A DNA stretch of 49,410 bases from Perkinsus chesapeaki ATCC PRA-425 (Eukaryota > Protista > Perkinsozoa). Below are positions 1 through 10,446 of the stretch, piece after piece. Each line of letters starts with the position of its first letter. The stretch's first letter is position 1. The position numbers and the translations under genes were made by a program. Location: NCBI GenBank assembly GCA_013115145.1, contig JAAPAO010000229.1:1-49410 (forward strand), written 5' to 3'. The notes under the pieces are model-generated. The model saw only the letters and a list, made by a program, of their open reading frames with translations, ran no database searches and was not told the origin of the DNA.

Positions 1-482
1 TGGCCGTCTGCCATTTGTCCCGAATAATCTTCGTCCATCTAATAGTATCTATGACACAACCCTCATCGTCGGCTGATTCCAACGACACGCTTGGTAATCC
101 TTCACAAACTGACAAAACAGAAACTCGCCCATACAGCAAATGGAGGGATACCTATTAGGATGCCATCCGCCCAGCGTTTTCGCTTCTGTATTCGCTGAGC
201 GCTGAATTGACCTATCAGGGCGATTTAGACGGTCTCGCTATACTTCAGCTCCCTTCGTATCCTTTTCACTGATGTCTGCTCTTCGTCGTTTGAATCCGTT
301 GGCGTACAATCACTCGGTGGAGCAATGATGACGGCCCCCTTCTTGGCCGTCTTGTCAATGTCATCTCTTGTCGCTTTAACTGGGGATCTCTTCTCATGTG
401 AGGATGGTAAAAGGAAACAGTCATCATCATCATCCAGGATGTCACCAAGCAAGCCTTTTGTACAAGGGGATAAGGCAACCAT
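1..482 (-). CDS. Hypothetical protein, probably multi-exon and running off the left edge
   Basis: 85-aa ORF from ATG 482 (MVALSPCTKGLLGDILDDDDDC...), divergent from GOT1. Candidate GT-AG introns lie downstream of it. No family recognised. Confidence 0.3.
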
Positions 483-809
483 GGTGAAAGGGAACAGATG
501 TGAGAAGAAGATAACTTATGAGAATCTTCAAATAAGCGGGCGCGCGCAGATATTTCGAGCTCGTGTAATTTAGCAAAATTGTAGCTCGACGGTTACACTG
601 TACGGACGCTGTACGTGTTGGGCGGCGGGGGTGGCTAATGGGTGCATAGGCATCAGTCAAATGAATCGTAAAGAGGAAGGAGGAGAAGGGTATCCGAGGT
701 TGGAGGATGCAAGAATCAAAATAGGTCAATTTAGTTGTATAACGTGCATTGACTGCTTACGGTTAATAGGGTTTACCCTTCTGTTTTTACTTGTTAGACT
801 GTCCCAGAT

Positions 810-1581
810 ATGATTGATGATAACCGAAGTAAGATAACTTGTCCTTCTTCATTTCTCAATCATCATCTCAGAGATCGGTATAGGGCTGTGCCTCCTCGGC
901 CTTATGTGTTTCTTCTTCGGTGTCATTCTATTCTTCGATAGAGCATTGTTGGCTCTTGGAAATGTAATAAAAAGGGTTAAAGGTGGCTGCCGGGGTACAC
1001 AAAATCAATGAAGACGACTCTCAATTTATACCGACGTTCGTTATAACAGAAGTAGCCCATCGCCAGGAGCTTATTACCCCCTAAAGATTTAGCATCCGCC
1101 TTATCTGAATCCTTACTACTTGTTGTTATCAGATGGCGTTCCTAGTCGGCCTGTCCTTCCTGTTGGGTATACAAAAGACATCACGGTTCTTCCTACGGAA
1201 AGAGAAGGCTATAGGTACCATTCAGATGTCTGTCGTCGATCTCTGGTCATTCCATTCACAGGTTCAGTGTGCTTCTTTGCGGGATTCGCTTTGGTGATCT
1301 ACGGCTATGCCTTCGTAGGGTTCTTATTGGAGGCCTATGGTTTTTGGAAGCTCTTTGCGTAATGACATGACAGCTGCTGCTCTGTGTAACATATATTATC
1401 TTTAGGGCCTTCCTGCCCAACGTGATGCATTCCCTTAAGCTTATACCAGGCGTAGGATTCATTTTAAGTGTACCGCCATTTAAATGGGTAATACGGGATC
1501 GTGGCAGCACCATCTTGGGGGAATGAAGAGTATCTTTAGGTTGCGGATTATGCATATGACCAACGAAGACTTCCGTTGTAA
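810..1581 (+). CDS. GOT1: Got1/Sft2-family vesicle transport protein (multi-exon)
   Basis: Manual splicing (introns 829-871, 964-~1133 and three more short GT-AG introns) gives MIDDNRKIGIGLCLLGLMCFFFGVILFFDRALLALGN-MAFLVGLSFLLGIQKTSRFFLRKEKAIGSVCFFAGFALVIYGYAFVGFLLEAYGFWKLFAAFLPNV...DQRRLPL*. The IGIG, FD+ALLA.GN and E.YGF..LF motifs are typical of Got1. Confidence 0.93.
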
Positions 1582-1587
1582 GTTTGG

Positions 1588-1604
1588 ATGATGATGATGA
1601 TGAG
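1588..1604. repeat. (GAT)n trinucleotide microsatellite
   Basis: gatgatgatgatgatga downstream of GOT1. Similar short (GCA)n, (CCA)n, (GGA)n and (CAT)n runs are frequent in introns of the 31-48 kb block. Confidence 0.6.
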
Positions 1605-2195
1605 GGTCATTGCCGTTGCTGATGGCAGCAGCTACCGCCTTGCCTGTTAATTACCATCTGCTGGCCAAGATGATGTGTGAGGGACCATCATCTTTTTAGT
1701 GTATACTTGCCGTAAATCTGCGATAATGATCAGAGCAGCAATGCTGCTGGGGCAAATGATATACGAGTCGGGTTGGTTAATTAACAGTATCTACGGTTAA
1801 ACCGTGCAAGATACAAAGTAGGTCAAGCTTACGTCGCTCGAGGGTATATAATGTCAACTGATGATATTCGGTTATGGATAACAATAGAAAGTAAACTCCA
1901 AGATAAGTGTTTCAAACCCACAACAGTACGCAACACTCCGACATCACCCTTCATGATAGAACTCTCAGATTGAGTCTATTATAGAATATTCCTCCAAAAG
2001 GTTAGGGCGGTCGACAGTAGTGGGTGAGCAGGCAGCCACTCAACCAGGTCTGCAGCATCAACTTATCAGGTTACCGGAAGCTCCTGGTCGGCTCTGCTGT
2101 GATGGTAAAACGCAAGTGAGAGGTAGTTGATGCCTACTTTATGGTAGGCAAAAGCGAAACCAAAAGCAATCACCAAAACAGAACAGCTAAGGGAG

Positions 2196-3705
2196 ATGGT
2201 CGATGCTGTAGATGATCTTTATCATCTATTGGAAGAATCGTCACCTTCAGAACCCCAAGGGTTACCGGCTTGAGTTCGGCATGCCATTAAATGCATTACC
2301 GTCTGCTTTTGGACCACCACGCAGTCCAGTAAAGGTCCTATGTGGCCACCACGGTGCAGATTGCTTGATCCTATAATGTGACCGCAGTCAGTAACAGGTG
2401 ATAGAATTGTGATGAAATGGTCATGTAGTGATGATGACATCGGTGAAGGAGGGTGCCAAAACATACTCGTAAAGATGTAAGTCTTCAACAGTTCCCTTTT
2501 AAACCTCTCCCTGTGAGGTATGGCGTCGATCGGTCAGCGTGTGAGGGATTCTTCTATATAAAATGTCGACTGCAACATGAACGAGCACCAATACGGGATA
2601 TCTATTTTGAAGGTGTTGTTGTTTTTCATGTGGTCTACTCGATCACCACTCGCGCAGGTCAATGGCGACATCCAGTCACTGAAGGTGAAGTCGACCGGGA
2701 AAGAGTCCAACTGGATTATCACCTGAAGTACGTGCAAATGGAAGGTAGCTGATGAAGATGATGCGCTTGAGACACTTCGGCATCCTTCTCCCACTCAGAT
2801 GGCAGATTCAACTTGAACGTATTGAGCCTCAATTCGGTGGGAAGCCAAGCCTGGCAACTCTCCCAGCAGCGTTGAGTTTGACAGGTCCTCCGCGTTGGGG
2901 CTGGTGGACGGACATGTGGTGGACGACTTATGGCATCTACAGGCAAGGAAGTGTAGGTGAGGGAAAGTCCAAGGAGGAGAGGCTTTGGGCTGCTTTTAGA
3001 TGGCATTTCTGTACACTGTGTCGTGAGCCTGATGAGGTTATCGATGATGGTGTATTACGCGTAAACGAGGACAATGAAGTAAGTGGGACAACTCTTAGAT
3101 GCAGAGAATGCAAGCTTGAATGGTTCGTGAATTTAGGATAGTGAAGATACCGATGTAGACGAAGTGATCGTATCTGATTTACCCAAGGATCGACGTGGTA
3201 GCTTCTGTTCTCCCACGTTGGCTAGTTGTCCATCGTTCAGGTGGCGCACCGACTGTAGACGATTTCATACGGAAGCATACAAAAGGGATGAGGTCAGGCG
3301 AATAGGCCACCAGATGGGGGAAGAAGGCCCTTTTAGGGAAGAGTTGTGGAAGGAATCTCAGCAGTTCATTTCGAACGAAACAGAACGTCGAGCACGATTG
3401 AGGGAAGAGGCCAGGAGGCATGACCGCCCTCCTAAAGTCGTATCAGTCATTGGCCTGTTAGGATCATAGCTCCCGAAGTGGAGGCGTACTGGAAATCACT
3501 GGAGAGATCAGAACGCTCGAGGGCTCGTGGAATGTTGGTGTAGGCTATAAGTTGGCTATGTGATGGAGGCAACAGCTCATTCTACCTCAGCGGGATCTTC
3601 ATTGCGGTTGTTTTGATTGGCGCCTTGCATAGCTGGTTGAGCGAACGCCACCGTCATCTGGCATCTCGTGTCAGCTTTTCTAGCGATGGTTATGTCGACC
3701 TTTAA
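2196..3705 (+). CDS. Hypothetical multi-exon protein with a possible C-terminal transmembrane helix
   Basis: Series of short exon-like segments bounded by GT...AG, from MVDAVDDLYHLLEE to GIFIAVVLIGALHSWLSERHRHLASRVSFSSDGYVDL*. Exon phase was not fully resolved and no family was recognised. Confidence 0.4.
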
Positions 3706-3773
3706 CTGCCTTTATTGATTGCGTTGTTAATGTATGATGTGATGATGCTAGTAGTTTATTTATTCCCTGTCCC

Positions 3774-6081
3774 ATGTCCTCCACCGATGCGGGAAACGGG
3801 CTATTGGCCAGCAACGGTAGGGTTGAAATTGACCTTCGAATCCAACTTGTCTCTTCAGTCATCCTTCCTGGCGTGGAGATCCTCCCGAGGTATCAAGGGC
3901 CAGCTGTGAGCCCAGCAGTGGAGCAATACAATCAGCTCATGCAGAAGGCCAGGCAAGACCCGTTCGCTCACATGACTGTCGGGAGAAGAGGGCGATGTGA
4001 GGTCCTTCATCAACAGGACAGGCCTGAGGGCGACGTCACCATCACTTCGAGGTGAGCATGCACCGGATGAACGTTGTGGTGTATTTGGTGGCACTCAGGC
4101 GCAGTACTTGTGGATCCTCACGATCAGCGAGCTTGAAGAGCGCTTCTGTTAGCAGCGTTCGGGCGACTGCAGATGATTCGGCCTTGCAGAGAACTATCCC
4201 TTCGAGCAAGAGCCAGTCAGCGACGAGTCGCTCTTCGAAAGGGAACGAGGATCCGACGATTCTCGCAGGAAAATCGAGAGACGAACTGCGTAAGCTGTTC
4301 GACGGCAGAATGTTGATCAACGAGATCACTAACAGGTCGAATCGCTGGCATACCAACAGTTAATGATTTCCCATATCAATGTTGTGAAGGATGGAAGGCA
4401 AGGTGGGTTCATTGTAGCTTCGAGATTCGACGCAAAAGCCACTTCCAGAGCACCAGTGAGACCGGCGCAGTATTCCTTCAATCCGATACGACATACTGTT
4501 GATAAATTCGTAATCGATGAATCTAGCGGCGATATGAAACAATATAAAACGAAGAGGACCACAAGTTACCTGGAAGTAAGTCCAGTATAGCCTATATCGG
4601 CTAAGCCTGCTGTCAGCCATCAGCGTGTGACGCTGTGACGTACAACAGGAGGAAAGGAGTTGTTGAGTGGGGGGATCTGCAACGGTTAACCAACCCAAGA
4701 TGGAGCAGAGCGTAAGAGACTGAAGGGAAGGCAGGCTGTGGCAGCCCCTTGATTGTTAGATATCATCGCGACTTTACCAAGAACAGTAAAATTTTCCACC
4801 GGATAACAGGTAAGCTTGTCCGCTTCATCAACCAAGTAACTTGTGGTGGATTAGGGCCGATGTGCAAGGTTTACGACATCGCAGTACGTAACAAGGAACC
4901 AAACCCTTTCCGTGTTGGACGATGATGTGTTACATGCAATACTCGTTGTTCAGTAGAAAGTGTGTTGTTGTGTTTGCTATGCTATAGTGGGATATCACGA
5001 AAGCTTGAATTGCCATCCATGGCAAGAGAAACAGGGAAACTACCATCCGCAGCAGACTTCGCGCACACAGTAAGGCAACATGATGAGGCCAGTCATGCCT
5101 ACTGCTTTAGCCAAGCAAAAAGATAACATGGGAGAGGCTGATGGCTTTCCTGAATCCCTCAAGACTTGAGCACCCTCAAATAGCGCAACGATTGGCGCTG
5201 TTCGCCATGTAGGATTGAAACACCGAACCTATTATCGAAGCACTGTTATTGGTGTTTAGGTATGGGCCATCCGATGATGAAGGCTTCCTTAGAGCAGGCT
5301 ACCTTGGTCGACATAAATTGGCAGACTTCGAGGTGGACAGGATGGCAAGGGAATGTTACGAGGCGGAGCTCATCAAACTGCTCAATCGGCCCAAGGTGAA
5401 GGAGAGTAAACAGGAGAGGCCATGCACCTTGAACGTTAGGACATTTTGACGGTTATTGTGGCGGAGCTGCTGCCGAAGGCCCTCGACTTCCAGTATAAAG
5501 AGAAGGACGTTGAGGAGTTATTTGCCTGCATCACGCGAGACCCTGAAGGCTTCATGCATTTTTCGGATCTACAACGGTAAAATGCCGCTGTATGGTATAT
5601 TGGTTAGAACGATGGTTTAGGGTTATCACCACCGATTTCCACCGTCGATTGACATCCGTTATTGATAGTTCTAAAAGCCCAGCTAAGCCAGGCAACGATG
5701 GCCTTCCTTTCCAGAGCGCACAGGCTAGCCGCCTGTGAGTTGCCCCACCCATATTGTCTAGCGCACCGAATCCATTTCAGTACTGCTGTATGCCGGAAAA
5801 AGAAGCTGCTACCAAATCAAGAGTTCGAAGTGCTATCGAGCAAGCTTCATCGAGGAGCGACACTCATTGCTTCACTGGAAGAGCAGAATATGTCTGCATC
5901 CCTCTCCGCTAATGTAATACATTGGCAAGCATCGGCTGCTCATACACTTTGCAATCGTCAGGTGCAACTAATTCGGAGATTGGGGCCAACGCATGATCGA
6001 TGGGATCGGTATTGTGCTGTGAGGCAAGGGGCGGTGCTAACCACTCACAATAGGCGTTTGGCGAAGCTCAAAGCTCCTTGA
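3774..6081 (+). CDS. Hypothetical multi-exon protein(s)
   Basis: Chain of exon-like ORF pieces with GT-AG boundaries (MSSTDAGNGLLASN, VEQYNQLMQKARQDPF, FNPIRHTVDKFVIDE, KLADFEVDRMARECYEAELIKLL, KDVEELFACITRDPEGFMHFSDLQ). Could be one or two genes; function unknown. Confidence 0.4.
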
Positions 6082-6201
6082 AGTGCCGTTGTTACTCCTC
6101 TTACCTTATTGTTGTGTTAAGTGGAAACGCAAAAGATAGCTCAAGCAAAATGAGACAGTAACATACTGCTGGTGACGATGGAGGACAGCATGCCTCAATG
6201 A

Positions 6202-7813
6202 TCAATCAACAATATTGGCTGCTCCAAGCGCCACTAAAACGTCTGGGTCCAACTCCGTATGGAATCGAGGGTTAGCGTCCTCAAAGGCAGCATAAACAGT
6301 ATCCTGCACGATAGGCATCCGACTGGCCCCGCCAGCGAAGACAACGTCAGAGACGTATCTAAAACGAATGATTGCCTCTCAACTACGTAAGGCGAACCTA
6401 CTCCGGATCCAACATCACCAAACGCATGCTACGATGCATGGTATCGTATATCCGATCGAGTAACCCACTAGCTGCCTCTGCGAACTCATCTCTTGTGATC
6501 ACTTCACCGCCTAGTAGCACCGGATATTAGTCCAAACACACGAGTGTTGCCTTACCGCAAACCGTTGTGCTGTCGCGTTCAGTGAGCTCTCGCTTAACTC
6601 TCTCGGCCATCACGTTAGAGTAACTGCATCATCCAAAATTAACCGGGAGATACAGCGCTCAGTTTCCGACTGTTCAGGATGGTTTGGGTTCCGTTTCTTG
6701 CATTTAACATTGATGAGCTTGGCGAGGACTCGGTCGAAGTCCTGACCACCGAGCTGCTGGTCTCCAGAGGTAGACAAAACCTAATAACAGATCGGATGGC
6801 TTACAGAACCCCCATGCCAATCTCACATTGATGCTACCAGAGAAGGTAGCAACCTGTAAAACTGAAACGTCCAGAGTGCCTCCGCCAAGATCAAAAACCA
6901 CCACAACGCGAGAGCTTGCTCCTCCTGATCGCTGATGGAGATTGTACCTTCACACAGTGTTGGTAGATTGATTAGTTACACGGCACTCACGCCACAGCAG
7001 CTGCCACTGGTTCTTCGATTAGGCGAGTGACGGTGAGGCCGAGCTCTTCATATACTCGACGAGTAGCATCCCTTTGGGGTTGATTGAATTCAACTGGTAC
7101 GCAAATGACGACCTTCTTAGAAGCTCCCGAGCTGCCGACCACAGCCTCCACCTGGATTAATTTACTCGAAAAAAATAGTTCGTGGAGAAAGCCTTACAGA
7201 TTTCAAGAGCTCACCGACCACTTTGACGCCCACGTCCACTGGCGACACCGACAAAGAGTCATTCAAAACCAAGAAGCGAACTTCATCTGTGGAGTTCGGT
7301 GACGGAACCACTTTGAAAGGGTGTGCATCCGAATCGAAGGACCTAGCCGAGGCTACCTTGGAAGCTGAAGCTCGTATCGACCTACACTTCTTCAATTCCT
7401 TTCCCTATAAATCGCTTAGCGTGATATATTGTATCCTCAGGATACGACTCTTGCCGTGCTACTGCGGCATCACCAACCACACAGCTACCATTTGGAAGGT
7501 AACTCACTATAGATGGCACCAATGGTAACCCTGAAAGGGAGCAATATGATGCTTGAGGGGGGCTAACAAGAATCACCTGTTGAATAATGGTTTACGATGG
7601 TTGGGCTGACAGATTTATCAGATTCTGAGGGCTTGATCGCCACAACTGAGAAGGACGTCCCAAGGTCGATGCCCACCACCTGAAGGTCGTATTATAATTG
7701 AGGGCAGACTGTGACCGTACATAGCTCGGCGACCGGTAGCCAAAGTGGGCCAAGATCGCTGAGATGGCCGCAAGAAGGATGGCTATGACGAACAGGGCCT
7801 GGGGATCCAACAT
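6202..7813 (-). CDS. Hsp70-family ATPase, HSPA13/STCH-like: N-terminal hydrophobic leader, nucleotide-binding domain only (multi-exon)
   Basis: MLDPQALFVIAILLAAISAILAHFG leader, then VVGIDLGTSFSVVA, PSIVSY, YHAKRFIG, AVIAVPAKFN, EEPVAAAVA, VFDLGGGTLDVSVL, LGGQDFD, VVFAGGASRMP and DPDVLVALGAANIVD*. The stop TGA (6202-6204) comes directly after the ATPase domain. Confidence 0.88.
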
Positions 7814-9042
7814 CGTCGAGGAGGATCAGAAAACTGCCAAAGAGCAGGATCATCCCACCCAAACAGAAACGGAGAGGAACTGAAACGTGAAAGGAACAGT
7901 GGAAGGTCAAAGGTCTCGGAGGTGCTCCCATGGAGGCTTTGGGAATGCATTACGGGTGGCTAAGACTAGCGTCTTGAGCTCGTAGGATATATATCCCTGA
8001 AAGGTGACGCTCACTAAGCGCATCGAGATGTGCCGCTGTGAACTAGCAGCTCTCACCTTGCAATAGCCATAGAGTAGCAGCCTTGCCACGATGCCTTCAG
8101 CATAAGTATCACAGACATGGCCGTCCTCATTTACACCCTCACTGACCCTCAATGCTGCGGTAATTACTGGCATCGGTATTTGGTTAGAGCCGTAGATGTC
8201 CGTAGTGCGCTCCAATAGGTTTCTATCAGAATAGCTTAATTCAATTGAACATTATGCATCTTACCTATATACGCACCAAACAAGCATTCCGTCTAGAAAG
8301 AAAGGTAAGATCTGCCTTCCCGTCCCAGCCTCATCATCGAAGGTAAGAGCCTCTGTTCGGCAACGCTGAAGTAATAAAGCTGCATTACCATCGGAAGGGG
8401 ATCGGGCTGCTTACTTCATATTCTGCGAGGTTACCTTGCCTTATAGCGCTCAGTAGAGGCCCCCACCGTGCAGTCCTAAAAATAATTTGTAAGGTAGCGA
8501 CCGAGCGATAGTGACTGAAGCGTACAGCTGGGTCTGGTCTAACAGGTGCTTAGAAGGCAATACGCCTTTTCGGACTTTGCATGGAATGAGGAGGTTTAAT
8601 ATTCGTTGCTTGGCTTTTATGTGATGCGAAGGACAGTACCTGTAGGAACTCCACCGAGTTTATGTATCCACTAACCCGCCTACTTCAGTGCGTCCTCCAG
8701 TCTGTGTTCAGCATCGGCCATTCTGGATTGGAAGAGTCTATGCCGTGCCCAAAAGTATTGGGTTTTCACACGGATGGAATTGGGGCAGAGTCCAAGGTAT
8801 CGCTCATCGACATTCCTAACAAGAAGGTCATTGAGAACTAGCAGCGTCCGGTGGGCCATACCGAAGTATTGGTTCCAGAGCCGCGGGCTGCTCCATTGCT
8901 GTACATATTTGCATTATCTCTACCAGTATGACGAATAGACCAGGCATGAGGGCTTTATCATACCGTGTGTCTCGGCGAATTCGGATAAATCTAATCGGCA
9001 CACGACACTAGGGTAGGCCCTAGAGGGGGCCGCTAACGGTGT

Positions 9043-10049
9043 TTACTCTTCCCGAAGAGCGTCCAGCACTCGCTGTTGGTATCGGTGATAGTGCGAGCTA
9101 CCTCCAGCTCCGCTTCCCAGACCACCGGCACCTGACACTCGATTGACGTCGGCGGTCAGATGCGTAATAATACTATCATCAGCATCCGACTCTTCGCTGC
9201 TACCTGATACCCGATGGTGCGAATCCAAGTACTTGGCGAATCTATCCAGGGAATACAATGACGCTTATTTTCTGCAGGGCTCACTTCCTAGTGAAGGCCG
9301 CCACCTCCTGTAGAACTGGAAGCATGGTCGCCACCCGGTGGAGATTTCTGACATGACATTTGGATTTGGGGTACATGCCCTTTCTACTCTTCTTTTTCGT
9401 CTGCCTCCGCGGAACTGCTAATTTCGGAATCGCTGGGGGATGCCATGCTGCTGCTGGAAAATCCATTTATTCCAGGGCCAACCTCTCCTCGGTATATATC
9501 GGTCATCTCGCCTAGAGAGTGTTTCGCAATGAGATAAGTTCTACTAGGTACTACGTAAGAGTTTCAGACAGTACGTTATAGCCTCTGATGCGCTACGTCC
9601 GCTCCTGAGAGCTTCGGCGATCCGCTTGGACGATAGCATTGCCACCTTCACAACGTTTACTATGCAGGAAGGGTATTCCGCGAGCGTCTGGCCCCTAAAG
9701 CGTAATCAAGCTGTTTCATGAGCATGACAGAGTGACTACACAATAGTCTTTATATGCGAGTCCGACTGCCCATCTAAAGCTTCCAAGCCATGCAGGAAGG
9801 TCCTAATCTCCTGACGTGCAATATTTCCTGAAGGAAGAGCATCACGCGGAAACTCAAGCGATCGGGTTATGTTTAAGCCTTAGGATGTGCAAATTAAAGC
9901 TTTACTTTGTTTGAAGAACTGACCAACTTCGAATGATGGCGGTGGCTGGGTGTACCTTGGTTGTCCTCAGCTGCTGCCCAATCCAAGGCATTTCCTAGCT
10001 CCTCAGCGTACTCTTCTATTGATGGAGCATGTGATGGTGATGATGCCAT
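9043..10049 (-). CDS. Hypothetical multi-exon protein(s)
   Basis: Exon-like pieces MASSPSHAPSIEEYAEELGNALDWAAAED, ..KSKCHVRNLHRVATMLPVLQEVAAFTRK and YSLDRFAKYLDSHH...LDALREE*. Linkage into one gene is not established. Confidence 0.3.
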
Positions 10050-10446
10050 TCGATCGCGGGGGCCACGGGAAAATGGCTGCAGAAGCGATGACCGACGAAA
10101 CCTATCTGGAAACAACCTCTCTCCTAGCGGAATCCATGCTAAAGATTCAATGTGATATCTCGCCTGCTGAGGCTACCCAACCGACGTCGTCATGTCGCTA
10201 ATGTACCCGATAAAGTTTATTTGACCAGTGATTCGACTGATGACCCTTCAGTGATTAAGCGACTCTCCCCCGCAAACTTCAACTCAAACTTCGAACAGGA
10301 TCTCAACAGGATAAATTATTATACTCTATAAGGAGCGAACGGCAAAATTAATGTTGATAAACGAATAGTATGCCTATAGCTTTTCAGCCCAAGGCTACAA
10401 TAATGCTCAACGTGCACAATAGTACACTGGTAGTGAAGAAATAAAT

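Noticed and set aside
2222-6081. Possible retrotransposon remnant (Cys/His-rich short ORFs)
   Set aside because: No CCHC knuckle, reverse transcriptase, integrase, LTR or TIR was found, and the pattern fits short-intron host genes.
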